From the NCBI GenBank assembly GCA_964187785.1, contig OZ076421.1:8990001-9054000 (forward strand): 64,000 nt of DNA, given 5' to 3'. Positions 1 to 12,477 of this stretch are shown one piece after another. The notes beneath the pieces were generated by a model. The model was not told the DNA's origin, made no database searches, and worked only from the letters and a program-made list of their open reading frames with translations. The stretch's first letter is position 1; each line of letters begins with the position of its first letter. A program made the translations under genes and the position numbers. This DNA is from Amphiscolops sp. MND2022 (taxonomy: Eukaryota).

Positions 1-69
1 ATTTCACAAAAAGCTACTCATCATCAAACGTATACTAAATTTCTACAATACACGAAACCACAAAATCAC

Positions 70-737
70 ATGTTCGTCAATTACAAATATACATCACCGT
101 TCACAATGACAAATATGTACACTCTTGACAACTCTTGTATAACAGGCTACCTTCGAAATTATGACCCTATAAAACAATACTTCTGTTTGCTGCCGTACAA
201 TAATACTTCACGTCCATTTATTGTACCTCAAGAATACCTCATACATTACGATGACTTTTTGTTGCCTTGCAACATTCCTACTCAATTTGTCAAACCTCTC
301 ACTGTCATTAAACACCTAGTATCTTCTCCACTTGACGATAAAGATAGAACTTATTATACAGCACTCTACAAGCAAACGTATTCCTACAATGAACTTCTCT
401 TCATTTCTGCAAAAACTATTTCTTTTATGGTACAAGCTGAAAAAAAACTGAACATAAATCACACTCTTCACCTATAAAAAACGCTCCTGACAAACTTTCC
501 TCTGTACTGAATAACCGAACACTTCGCGACATGACAAATTTACTTGAACCCTATAAACGAAAATCCTCCGAGACACCTATCACAACACTCACACATATAC
601 TACACTGCTATGACAGAACACACAAACTTCTTCAGACACTTGATTTAGACTTTCAACGCATCACCCAATCATCCCAAGCAATTCAATCTGCTTGGGAAAC
701 TATAACTACTCATTTTAACTCAACTAATCTTCATTAA
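70..737 (+). pseudogene. C-terminal part of a conserved post-env accessory ORF (ORF4) of Gypsy, broken by a stop/frameshift
   Basis: GYLRNYD...HYDDFLLPCNIPTQFVKPLTVIKHLVSSPLDDKDRTYYTALYKQ and LEPYK...LHCYDRT...QSSQA match the minus-strand translation of 39050-39660 (GYLRKYD...HFDEFLSCNVPTLNVKPLVVIKQLVSASLDDKG*SYYTALSKQ; LEPYK...LECYDRT...QSSKA). Confidence 0.7.
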
Positions 738-1166
738 ACTCTCCTACAGGTAATACAAAAATCTTAATTTTCCTTCTCTGGTACACTCTATGATACATCT
801 TTGACACTATATCAAAGGTATTTACATTTTAACCTACTCAATCAAAGTAATATCTTGCTTTTCTGAATGAAATCTCAGGACTATCTTTAAAGTACATACT
901 TCTTTCCTATAGTACATGTCGAAAAATAACTATTTATGTCTAAAAACTACACATAAAACAATGATACAAGACATCAAGACAGTATAGCGCAAAACCATGT
1001 ATGATACATTATAGCAGCTTATTATATATGGTAGTTCTCTTCTATTGTCGTTGTCAAATTTCTTACACTTCGTGTGTTTTAGAAACATCCATTCTTCTTC
1101 CTCCTCCTTCCATACTCTTTCAGAACATCTCCACTCCTTCTTCTTCTTCTACAGCACACTATCGTC

Positions 1167-1619
1167 ATGGCCCCCAACGCTGAAGTAGAAGATATAATAA
1201 CAATGACTTCCAATCAATCAAAAGTACACAGTCTCAAAGCAGTCATCTTTCATACAATGGCATATAAACTCTCTCTCGAAATAAACAACAAAAAAATCAC
1301 GCCAAAATCTCTAATAGCCTTTCTGAAAATCCTATATAATGTCACCCAAATCAAAAAGAAACGCATCACATTTGAACAAAATACAAGAATTCATGTTGCC
1401 GGACCGAAAATTGCCATTTGTGAAACAGCTTCTATTGCCGTTTTTGTGTTAAATTCTGCATTCACTTCCAAAGATCTGTATTTTCACGCTGCTCTACAAG
1501 AAGCCACAAATGCATTCAATGAAAAGCTCCAAAGTTTTGGGTATACGCAAAAATTAGAACTTTATGATCCTCATCGACACCAGGCCCATCCACCTCAACA
1601 ACATCCTCTATACAACTGA
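1167..1619 (+). CDS. Uncharacterised 150-aa ORF in the Gypsy 3' region
   Basis: Open ATG-to-stop frame with globular-looking composition inside the retroelement 3' region; no recognisable motif. Confidence 0.4.
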   Translation: MAPNAEVEDIITMTSNQSKVHSLKAVIFHTMAYKLSLEINNKKITPKSLIAFLKILYNVTQIKKKRITFEQNTRIHVAGPKIAICETASIAVFVLNSAFTSKDLYFHAALQEATNAFNEKLQSFGYTQKLELYDPHRHQAHPPQQHPLYN

Positions 1620-3065
1620 ACATTTTACTTACTTTATCACTCTTCAACTACATCTCTTTTTGATTCCATCATCTTTCTTCAATGATGTTTGAGATGAAGC
1701 TGCAGATCACTCCTCCAAAAGAACTTCTCCTACACATGCTGATACTTTTCACCACACCCCACAAGATGGTCAACATCATCCATCCACTATTCGGGTTCGC
1801 AGACGATGCCAACATTCTTCTTGTCATCGTCACTGGTCTTCTTCTCACTCTACCTCGTCACTGGTCTTTCTGTGCGACAGCCATCTCTCTTTTTCAACCT
1901 GCCTCTTCACTGGTCTTTCTCTGTGGCAGTCACTACTTCGTCGACTTCTTGACTGGTCTTCACACTTCAATGGACTGCACTCTTCTCCAAATTTCAAACA
2001 ATGTGATTCAAATTGAGTCAATTTTCAAACTGAATTATACAGTCAATTTTACCTAATATAACTTGTAGCTTATTGTAATCTACTTTAACCAAATTATAAC
2101 TCCAATACAGTGTAGTGCTATATACTCATATATAATCCTAATCTTCTATAATCGTATTATAATTACCCCCTCTGTTGCTATACCCACAAAATTTTACCTA
2201 TAATTATCTTTGTAACCGCAATATTATCTACTTCCATTGTCTTGTGTATAGTACATTGACATAACCTTATCTAATTCTATTGTTACATCTATAATACACT
2301 TCAAAAATATATCTCTAATTCCCACCTTTTACAGAACAAAAGTCCTACATACAGCACAAGAATTTTTCTAAGATTTTTGGACAAAAATTTTCCTTTTACA
2401 AAACATGTTCTCCACCTTTGTTTTACTTCCCAAAAGCATTCCCAAAAATTTTCAATTTTTTTTGAACTTTTCCAAACTGTAACTTCTCGTTTTCCAATGT
2501 TTGAAACTTGCAATTGCCAAAGTTCTTTTTTTCCCTGAACTTTTTGCTTCTGCTCTACTCTTCACTTTAGTTGAAAATGAACCCTCACTAGAACCTTGAC
2601 TTTTTGGAACTTCTTCACTTTTGGTTCACATACCCGCCAATGTTGGTTCATAGCTCATTGACAACTTCACGCTTTAATTCTTCAACTTGAAAAGTTTTCA
2701 ATGCTGACTAACTCATGTTGATGAAATTTTTTTCAAACAAGCCGATGGCTGATACGAAAAAGAAACATGAGATACTAAATAGTTGTCAACAATAACTTGA
2801 TCGAAAACTGTCAGTCAAAGAAACTGAACGAACTTGAACCTTTTTGCACCAATTGAATCGTCTATGACGTAAGAAGTCAAATCGTCTTAGGTTGTTCTCA
2901 CTCCTTAAGTATGGTACACTACAAAACGAAACTCATGCAATTCAAGTACAACACATATGAAACAAACCCATGCATATAACATCTGAAACAAAAACATTTG
3001 AAACAAAAGAACTCCTCAAACCCAAAGTGCATATATGTAAATTCATTTTTAAATTCCCGGTTGAT

Positions 3066-3473
3066 TGTGATGCCATGATGCATGTCCTCAAAGATTCTAT
3101 AAATCTGAAATACTTTGAACTCTTAATCAAAGTAATTAGTAAATGTAATCTCATTTGAAAGCTAATTATTCTAGAAGAAACTTCATTTAATATATCCTGT
3201 AACAAGCTTCCTAGATTCATCCTGTTGCTGTCACATTGTTAATTGATGAAACCTACCCTAGTTAATAGAATATATCTACTTGGAGAAATTGAGAATTCAT
3301 TCTGGCAGTCGGTCTTCCCTCCAGCACTTCAAGAACTGAGATCTCAGAAATAGATTGTACTTAGACCTCGCTAGCTACAAGGTAAAAAATACGACGACTC
3401 TGCTGTTAAAATCTTAGACTTCTTATGTCAGTAATAAAACATCTAAAAGAAATAACCACCACGCTTTTTAACA
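3066..3473 (+). repeat. 3' LTR (408 bp)
   Basis: Starts TGTGATGCCATGATGCATG, the same start as the LTRs ending at 18270 and 37025 on the minus strand. Ends TTTAACA and has AATAAA at ~3433. Confidence 0.75.
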
Positions 3474-5377
3474 GCCCATTGGATTGATTTTTGAAAGGTA
3501 ATGTAAAGTCTTGAGTATTAATGTTTTGTATGTATTTTTCAAGGAAAGGAGTGCCAAGAAGATTATACTTAATATCGGCAACAGCAGAGGGAATGATGAA
3601 CTGTAAAGAGGTTTGTTTCTATAGTTGTATTTAAAGTTGTAGTTATATAATGTCGAATAGGAACCTCAGTTTGATTTGCAACAGTCAGTGTTTTTGATGT
3701 ATGGTTTGTTTTATTGTTACATGTTATGTTGAGAAGTGTTGCAATTGTAAGGTAAGTAGGGTAGTTGAGAACCGAAATTGAAGCACCACTATATTGCAAA
3801 AATGAGATTTTTAAGCTTGAAGGATGATCATTATTATTGTATTTTTCAGGAGTATGCAAATATAAAGAGTAAAACCAACTTGTAGGGGTTAAAGCGTTAG
3901 CCATCTCTGTGGGATGGTACATGTGGACTTCAAAGTTAATAGGTTAACTTGATTTTTCTGGTTGAATGGCATTTATTTGATTTCTTGTTACAGAATGTGA
4001 TCTTGATCTAAAAAGTCAAGAATCTCTTGGTCTAGTAAGAGGTCTATATGACGAAGTGTACGGCGGAAATTGTCTGTCTCTGGAGTATGAACGTGATCTA
4101 GATCTAGAGCGTGAACCTCGTGTATATGGTGATTTATAAGAAGATCTGTATGGTGAACGATAAGAGCGGGAATCTCGTCGATAATTGTCATATCTTGATC
4201 TGTTAAATTGTGGAGGAGTTGTAGTTCTGTCATATCTGTATCGATCTCTAGAATGAAAACGATATCTATTTTGTGAAGAAACGTTTCAATTTGTTTTACT
4301 ATGACGTGATGTACTTCAACTACGGTATCGATCAAAGGAGCCTGTAGAGTTACTTGTTCTGTACGAGTTGTTTTCACAAGAAGAAGAGCGAAAATTTTGT
4401 ACCATTGATTTTTTGCGGAGATTTAGATCTAGCATACGTGTCTCTTTTGTATACATCATCTCGTTGTTTTTTGAAACAAACAGAGAAGGAGTGGTTTGTT
4501 CTTTGACAAAATGCGCAATATTTTTGTTCTGCAGTTTTGTGTTTGTTATTTGAGTCTCTGGATTGTGTAAACATAAGTTGTTTAGATTGTTGTTTATCTA
4601 AGTTTTGTGATTGTAATAGAGTTTGCAATTGATGATTTGCAATAGAATTAACTTCGAGAGTAAGATCAAGAGTGCGTATTTCATCATTGGCTATATCTTC
4701 AGCTTCTACTAGTTTCACCAGTGTATGAAATGGTTTTGAAGGTTCCAAAACATTAGAAATTTGTTTCACTTGTCTTTTATTTGCGAAATCTTCAAGATTC
4801 TTTGGAACACCTTCTGTGAAAATTTCATTACAATTTGAATTTATGGTAAAAGTGTTTTCATTACACCAGCCTTTTTCAACTAGCTGTTGAACTTTTCAGG
4901 CAAAATAGCGTACTGTTTCATTATCCCCTTTTTGACAAGAGTTAAGGCTTCAACCTGTGCACAGTAAGCATTCTTTTGAGCAGAAACTGGTTTCTTAAAA
5001 GCTTGTACGAAAGCAGACCAGTCTTGTTTGTAGGTGTCATTTAAGCGAACGTACCAACTGAGATCTGGACCAGTGAGAGAGCATAGTATCAAAGCCGTTG
5101 GCCTACCGTGCCAAAAGTTATATTCATGAAGAGTTTTGAGTTTTAGACCTATTGAAAAATGTAACACGTGCTTCAATGTGTTGTTAATATTCTTCAGGTA
5201 TATCTTTATGATCAAGACCAGAGAATGGTTTGGTTGGTTCTGAGATAGAAGCAGAAGAGTTTATATAAGTAGGAATTGAGACAGTAGTTAACGGCTGAGT
5301 ATGCGGATGTGTTATATGATAGTTTGAGTGTGAAGCGTTTGTTTGCAAATTCTTAGTGTTTGTTGGAATTGGTGATC
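3474..5377 (-). pseudogene. gag-pol: Gypsy gag (CCHC-like knuckle) and aspartic protease fragment, frameshifted
   Basis: Gag-like WYVRLNDTYKQDWSAFVQAFKK and knuckle YCAFCQRTNHSFSVC. The protease site is degenerate (FLQYSGASISVL) and is followed by LLGTPFLEKY. Truncated at both ends by other elements. Confidence 0.8.
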
Positions 5378-5484
5378 ATTACGACGCATAACCCTACGGT
5401 TCGTAGAAGAGCGAAATTCGCCGCGCGGAATTCAGGGACTAATACCGCAGTGTATAATTTCTCGCGATTTCAGTTGACGATAAG

Positions 5485-5730
5485 GCAAATCCGCGGAATC
5501 CGCTGCATTGGTCAGATAGAAATCGTGGAATGGAATGCGCTGCTTACAGCGGATTCTGGGGCAGTGACCGCGGAATCCGGAACAGTGCCAGCGGAATCCG
5601 GGGCAGTAACAGCGGATTCCGCAGACTAATGCAAGCAAGTAATAAAATGATTGTTTTGTGAAGCGGAATCCGCTGACAGCTCAGCGTGACATCTGTTTCA
5701 AGTTGTATGACAGCGGAATCCGCAGATTAT
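5485..5730. repeat. Cluster of quasi-palindromic GCGGA(A/T)TCCG motifs, partly with a 21-bp period
   Basis: About seven copies (~5491, 5547, 5568, 5589, 5610, 5662, 5712). Confidence 0.85.
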
Positions 5731-6305
5731 TGCGGGCTAATACAAAACTTGCTGCATCCCTTTATTTTTGTGTTTAATAGGGCGTATACTGTTCCTGGGT
5801 TTACGATAAACTAGTCTCCTTGATGTATTAAACTCCTTCATGTATGGAAATCACTGTTGTCTCTGGGAATAAGATTACTGAGATAAATATAAATCTGTAT
5901 TATGATACTCTTTTGCTCGTAATCTACTACCGTTTTTTGTGTTTAATTGGGTGTGTTGTAATCTGTTTCTATGATAAGAAACGATTTCACTGATTAATGA
6001 TTTCATTGTGATATTTGATTTCATTGTGATACGTTGATAGATTTTTGTATTTTTAGATTTTATGCTGATGATGAGTGTTAACTCGAAACCAGTTCAATGA
6101 CATTTGTTTTTCCACAATTTCATTGAGTTCAAACTTTACTCTAGCTTGTTCTATCTTTTTAAAGAACAATTCTTCACCTGCACTAAGTTGGCAGGTATTA
6201 AGAAAAGAGCATCAATGAGACAATACAACTATGAATAAAAGCAGTCTATTTAATATACATTGAGTCCTCTACAGGGTTATACAGTTTCTGTGTTTAAGAT
6301 AAAAG

Positions 6306-6598
6306 TGTCTCCTTGATGTATTATAGGCCTAATTGTATTCTACTATTGTCTCTTGGATTATGATTACTGTCTCCATTATGTATTATAGGCCTACATGCTA
6401 CTAATACTACATGTATGCTACTATTGTCTCTGGGATTAGGATTACTGTCTCCATTATGTATTGTAAGCCTACATGCTATTAATACTACATGTATACAACT
6501 ATTGTCTCTGGGATTAAAATTACTGTCTCCATTATGTATCATAGGCCTACATGCTACTAAAGCTACATGTATTTCACTGTTTTTTCTGGGATTAGGAT
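6306..6598. repeat. 78-bp minisatellite (about 4 units, first one shorter)
   Basis: The ATGTATTATAGGCCT-like unit start recurs at 6316, 6378, 6456 and 6534. A related single copy lies near 5815-5880. Confidence 0.9.
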
Positions 6599-6712
6599 AG
6601 ATGAATTTGATTCTAAACTTGATCTAAAACTTGATTCTAGCATACAATAAACAATACACACAATACAAACAGTACACACATGAATATATATTCTACTCGA
6701 AATAACCGAAAT

Positions 6713-8644
6713 TTAGAGTCCCTCAGTGTGTTTAGAGTTGACATTGAGGATTTCCCGATATTTTTCTTCATTTCGGAAGCGTCCTTCACAAGAGTTTATC
6801 TGAAGCTTAATGATTCGGAAGAGAAAGTCTTGGACCTCAGAGAATCGGATTGCTCTGATGAGGGTGTCCAGCGACTCTTCGTCTCCTGGCAAGATATCCC
6901 ACCGGTCTCCAAAGAGTAAGTCCCACGAGCGATGGCAACCGCGAAGTCCAGTTTCAATATGACCAGCAAACCTGACCTTAACAATAAGTTGAACTCAAAA
7001 AACGATCATCTTGTGATGTTTCATTGCTCTTAGTAAACAATTACTTAATGATCTTCTTAATTGACCAATTTTATTTTGACATACGTACATTAACAAGAGC
7101 CAAATCTGCTTCGAATCCAACACATCGCCTGGCGAAAGTTGTAGCGGGGTACACATTGAAACTCAGAGAATGTTTTTTTTTCAAACAGAGACCAATGGCC
7201 CGCTCGATGACAGAAAATACAGCATATGCTCGATCAATGGGACGACCATTCATGCGGTCTAGATTCACGGGGTCCAATGTTGTGTAATTCTCTTCCGGGA
7301 GCCTTACTGAAGACGCTGAAATTCTGCAAGTGAAGTATGCATTTTCATCCCATGATAAACTCGTAAATGCCTTCTTCCTTGAAATGACGTACTCCAACAT
7401 CTCAATTGTGCAAGTGTATCCTCCTCGATCTAAAGCCATATTCCTTTTAACGAGAAGCGGAGCGCAAGTCAATGGCACGCTTGTCCTGGTGTCGTCCTCC
7501 GGAAGCACGGGGATTAAGTTGATCACATCAACTTCTAAAGGCTTCTCTTTCTGAGAACGGGGCTTCTTTGGAGTCGGCAGACAAGGAATTGAGTCGTCAT
7601 TGTCGTCTTCTACTTTCGCGACGATGGCACTAACTTGCTGCATTGGGTTCCGTAGTAAGCTGTACGAAACGTATCTATGCACTTCGCCTTTTACGGAAAC
7701 CATTGTTGTAGGAACGGATCATTAAGCAGTATTCGTCCATGCTTTACAACGGCAACGTCTTCTGATTCGTCTGAGAAGTCTATCTAAAGAAATAAAGGAA
7801 TAAATCTAAATGCAGAGATCCTTTCAAAAATGCTTATTGCAGAGGTATACAAATCTTACATGGACTAAATCTTAATCAGCTAAATAGCACAGAACAGAAA
7901 CAAAAACTAGACGTAATACATAACACTTCTAATTCCAGAGGTATACAATCTTACATGGACTAAGTCCTAATAGATATCCCGAATACTCTTCTCCTAATCC
8001 CAGCGAAATACAATCAAACAATGTACATGTCTTATTACGATGCATAACCCTACTTTTTTCGAAAAGAACGGAGTCGACTGCTAACAGCATTTTGGACATA
8101 CAGGACATGGAATTGGAATCCGCTGTCTTAAATATTGGATTTCAAAGACACACTTTATAACAAGTGCAGCAGAATCCCGGGACAAGTCTCTTGACATTAA
8201 GTTTTTGGTGAATTCCGGAGGCAAATCATATTATATTAGACAGCAGCGGATTCCATTAGTAGCTATTCCGTTTTTAACCGAACTGATTTTCAAAATAAAA
8301 AACTTATTTGGACAGACACTCACTTCATCGTCATGAACACATAGTTTGGGGTTGTACTCGAGTTGTACTACCCTTGGTGATTGTCGTCTGTCCTCTCTGG
8401 AAAGGATGGAGGAATGTGTCTTTTCTATAACTTTTCGAACGTTCCATGACGACAGATCTCTACGCTTTTCCTCTGGTACCTCGATAATTTCTGAAGGATA
8501 AATCGAAGTGTAGCCCATCCACTTTATTTTAACAGACGAGTCGCTAACAATGCCAATAATTGTAGCCTTTGTCCACCTAGATATACTCTCATCAATAACA
8601 TGTACAACTTCGTTTGGGCGAAAGAGTTTTGCAGGCGTAGACAT
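6713..8644 (-). pseudogene. Three-exon gene with an N-terminal Tudor/chromo-barrel-like domain; one frameshift in exon 2
   Basis: Exon 1 is 8644-8324 (FRPNEVVHVIDESISRWTKATIIGIVSDSSVKIKWMGY), ending at donor GTGAGT. Exon 2 is 7783-7089 (acceptor TTTCTTTAG, donor GTACGT). Exon 3 is 6976-6713, an open 87-aa frame absent from the ORF track. Both introns are phase 0. Confidence 0.6.
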
Positions 8645-8944
8645 ACTGGGAATGTTAATCAGGTAGAGAGGAAAACAGGTAAAGTAAGTTTTAAAATGTA
8701 TAATGCTTACAATGACTGACTACCAGTAGAATTTTTAGTAAAAGAGAGGTGCTAAACTGACACCACCCTTTGGTTGGAGACTCATCATCACCTCCTTTGA
8801 AAAGCGTCAATTCACTTTGAAAAAGCGTCAAATTATATTAAAAAGCGTCAAATAACACTTTAACTTGGTAATTGAGTTGAGGTTCAAACTTCTGATGTGA
8901 TATTAACCTATCTGTTCCTCTTTTGATTTTCATCTTCATCTGCA

Positions 8945-11936
8945 ATGGCAGGATCAAGTTACATACAAAGTTTGTGGAATCAGCACCTGTTGATTGTCGA
9001 TTGCAATAGGCAGTTTATCAACGGCGACATTCAAGAGAAAATATATATTGCGGAAATAATATCCAAGAACAGGTATCGTAATATCCTCACAAACGTCAAA
9101 CAAAATGTTACTGGTACTTCGCTGGATCGAGATCCAGAAGCTCTGGTCAAAAGAGTCAAAACCAAAAAACGAGGTCGTGAAGCAGTCTACGTAGCTGCAA
9201 AAATTATGAAACTTATCATAGCTTGTGGGTTGATAGGTCACGCATGGAACCAAGTCAGGGAAGACTTCGTTTCCTTTTTTTTCTCGCGAGATGTTTTTTT
9301 CCTTACAACGTATCTGTCCCAAACAACGTCCCCATCAATGCTTCTGCCCTTAACAACTCGTCGATGCCCGTTTCTCCTGGGAGATCTGGAGGATCCATCA
9401 AACGAGCCAACCGAATTACGAGCAGAACGAAATTTTTATTTCGTAAAAAGGCTCAGGATGCGTGTAGGACCGGGGAAAAGTTGAAATTGAAGAACTTTTG
9501 GAGACAAGTGATTTGGTGCATCAGGTACAAAGGGATTAGTATTCGTGGGTTACTGAAGCAGAGAAGCTGAACAAAAGAAGAGGCGTATTGGAGCCTCCAA
9601 GAAGCAAATGAACATCCTAGGGGGCCTTATTACTGGATTGTTCATGGACAGGGGTAGCTGTTTTGACTTTCGCGACGCTTTGGCAATTCATACTAAGACT
9701 GGTAACGTAAATGAGGTAATCAACCTGATCCGTTCTCGATTGTCAGTTTCTGGCCTGGGCCATAACTTGGTACCCTCAATTTGTACGGTTGTCACGTCCA
9801 ATGCCAAATTCGCCCAACATTTCATTAAACTCTGCAAACCGGAAAGAACCTTTAGTGGATTCCGAGTGGATTTGTTCGATGCGTACTTGCTGCATACGCA
9901 ATCCTTCAAACTACAAACATCTCGGGATTGAAGGTTGATATCTGGGGAGATGGTGCCGCAATTGGAGGAACAGAAGTAACAAGACTGGCGTTTAGATTGA
10001 TCTGTGAAGAAGTAAGTGTGCAATCATCTGACAGTGTTTTCAGTTTTGCCGCGTACCGAAACAAGGACAGCAGGTTGGGGACTAAACATCAGGGTGGCTG
10101 TCATCAGGGTGGCTGTTCAAACAGACTGTTGCATTGAGAGAACTCGGCGTCAAATTGACTCATAGCGGAGACAATCCGTTCTTACTCAGGTGCGCACCAT
10201 TTTTTATTGCTTCAATTTATTGCGGAACAATAGATCGTCTTTTAGTGTTTTGTCAAATTTATACAGGCCACGGTGGCCACAACCTTTTGCAATCTGATTC
10301 ATGAACTCTGGATTTAAAAGAATTTTTGTCATTGTAATGATGTTTTTGCTGTAACTTGAGAAGAGTTTAAAATTTTTCTTACATTTAGGGTAATTCTTGG
10401 AATCTCAAACGATCGCAGCTCAGATTTCCCGTCACTCATGCCACTGTTTCTGGGAACGGACGACACGTTTCTTCCTACAACAGTCGATCCAGAATCTGGA
10501 TACCGAAGCAAAGTTACAGTTCCTTTTGGCAATGATCTACCTGCAACGTCTCTCGTAAGCTACGACGACATACGATGCGTTTGCCCTGATGTAACGCACA
10601 TGATAACAAGATGTGTGGAAAATGACTTGAAATAACTTGCGCAGAAGCTTGTTGATGACAAGCATCCTAAAGAGAAAGAGTCACTTGCGCGAATGGAAGA
10701 AAATCTGACCAAACGAGATGTGAAGAAACCGCACTTCCAGTTCGATACGACTACCAAATCTGGACAGAAGGTGAAGACTGTCGGAGCGGTATCACTTTCT
10801 TGGTTGGGAGCACTTACAGTAATTGCCAATAAAAAGAGCTTTCTGATATGATTCCAGACATGACAAACTTATTCGAAGGTGTATGGAAAGACGAAGAAGT
10901 ATTAATGAGAAACAACGACAATGAAAACTCCGTCAAAGTGTTGAAAGAGATGTACCCGTCACTGTTTTCGAAACAAGATCCCACGAAGAAGAATGAAAAC
11001 CATGGGTAAAATTCCATTTCAGATGCAGCTGAGCTCATGAGGGAAAGCCTTAACATGTGCACTATTCTTTTGCGCAGTTCACGGACCGGTCCCGACATTG
11101 CAAGTTTCAGCAAGTTGGCAAAGACTTATTACCAAGTCTCCATGTTACTTTTTGGCAAAGATAAGGGACCTACGCCTTACAAGCTGAAGATGCTCTTTTA
11201 TCCAAAACTAATTGAGAGCGGACACATTATAACTCCTTGGAATCATATGTGCGAGGGTTTGGAAAGGTCTAACCATAATGCAAACAAAGCATTCCAGAGC
11301 AAGACGATGAGAGGCGGAGGAAAGCAGTCAACCCATGACCCCCTTTCATTCGATCTTCGATTTTAATTGCTGAAGCTGTTCAAGAAACAATCCCTTAAAG
11401 CAAAACAAGCTTCAAATAACGATTTGTTATCAAAATCCCTAGGAGTTGTCGACAGAGCTAATCAAGCTGACGAAGAATCAAAGACGGGAAGTACCGGTTT
11501 TTGGGATTTTACTTTTTTGGTAGTGGGTCACTTTGGTTCAATGAAAAATGAAGATATCCAAAATGCGATAACGGATATGGGCGCAACAGTTTGCACAAAG
11601 GCAAGTGCTGAAACATTGTTACTTTCGCACTCAACTTGTCCAAACTGCTTTGTCGTTATGAAAGACGAGAAAAAGTTGAGGAAGCCGACGGATGTTCTCA
11701 AAGAGCCAACGAACGATAAAAAGTTGACGGACGTGCCCAAGAAGTCTGTATCAGAAAATACGGCAACTGCGACTGGACTTCAATGTCGCAATTTTGCTGG
11801 AGGAGACTGGAAATTCATTCACTTTTCGTTTGTACTGGATTCATTAGAATCAGGTCGCATCCTGGATCCGAAAAAGTACGAAATGTTACCAGGACAAAAT
11901 GTCAAGACGTTGCAAATTAGAGATGCCCTTTGTTAG
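8945..11936 (+). pseudogene. RAG1/Transib-like DDE transposase with a C-terminal BRCT domain, disrupted by frameshifts and stops
   Basis: Motifs in the expected order: VDIWGDG (D at 9949), THSGDNPFLLR (D at 10170), CPDVTHMITR, TPYKLKMLFYPKLIE, and CEGLERSNH (E at 11262). These compare with RAG1 SCDG / GYDEKLVR / DALH / TNYFHKTLAHVPEIIE / SEGNESGNK. A BRCT pattern (FTFLVVGHFG..IQNAITDMGATV...FVLDSLESGRILDPKKY) follows an in-frame stop at 11364-11366. Confidence 0.65.
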
Positions 11937-12202
11937 CAAGGCAGTGCAGTGAACAAGGTCAGAAAGTTTCCGCTATCTCAGCCCTGAAGAGACACAGAAA
12001 CAAAAGAAAGATCGAAGAGGAAAAAACAGCGGATAATGAGGAAACAGTATCAATTTGAACTTCATTTCGTATGTTTCTTTCTGATAGTTGTTCTGTGTAT
12101 TTTGTTCTGTTTGTTTGAGTTGTTTACGTACAAACTAATGTAGTACAAAAGTGGAAACTTGTTGAAGGCAAAATCATGGTCTTTATTTATTGTCTCGCAA
12201 AA

Positions 12203-12321
12203 ACGCAGAGCGGAATATACAAACAAATGGTAAAATATGTACAACGGAATCCGCAGACAAACGGTAATACATTGCGACTTCAGTTTCCTGTACCATACCT
12301 CAAGAAAATATCCATATCTGC
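12203..12321 (-). repeat. Inverted copy of the ~215-bp repeat unit found at 16225-16770
   Basis: The reverse complement reads GCAGATATGGATATTTTCTTGAGGTATGGTACAGGAAACTGAAGTCGCAATGTATT..TTTGTCTGCGGATTCCG, closely matching 16650-16770. Confidence 0.85.
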
Positions 12322-12477
12322 TCAGCAGTTTGAAGTTCAAAAACTGGTAACAAAATCATCAGTTGTCAATCTAATTCTCAATCTAATCTAAATTCTCAAT
12401 ATAACAAAAATAAATGAAGTTTTGCTCGTATTTGCAGTTGATCTTTGATCCCATTTCTGGTTGGGAAAAACTGTTGG

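Larger units (their letters stand above)
1..3473 (+). mobile_element. 3' portion of a Gypsy/Metaviridae LTR retrotransposon (accessory ORF region, 3' UTR and 3' LTR), inserted into another Gypsy
   Basis: ORFs at 70-737 are homologous at the protein level to the post-env ORF of the minus-strand Gypsy at ~39050-39660. The region ends in a TG...CA LTR (3066-3473), immediately followed by the interrupted pol of a minus-strand Gypsy. Confidence 0.75.

Noticed and set aside
1682-2950. Low-complexity sense ORF (1682-2056) and antisense ORFs (2301-2513 and nearby)
   Set aside because: They reflect compositional bias and short TCACTGGTCTT repeats in a retroelement 3' UTR; no homology was recognised.
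3237-3473. Short solo LTR with TGTTAA...TTAACA ends
   Set aside because: There is no TSD, and the true LTR start is better placed at 3066 by its match to the other two LTR starts.
5391-5397. TAACCCTA as a telomeric repeat seed
   Set aside because: Only single units occur, with no tandem TTAGGG array.
5360-5638. ORFs with AVTA(D/E)SG repeats
   Set aside because: They are a by-product of the 21-bp GCGGAATCC repeat and are open on both strands; there is no evidence of coding.
6306-6598. Regularly spaced repeats as a possible CRISPR array
   Set aside because: The units are contiguous 78-bp tandem copies with no unique spacers, the context is eukaryotic, and no cas genes are present.
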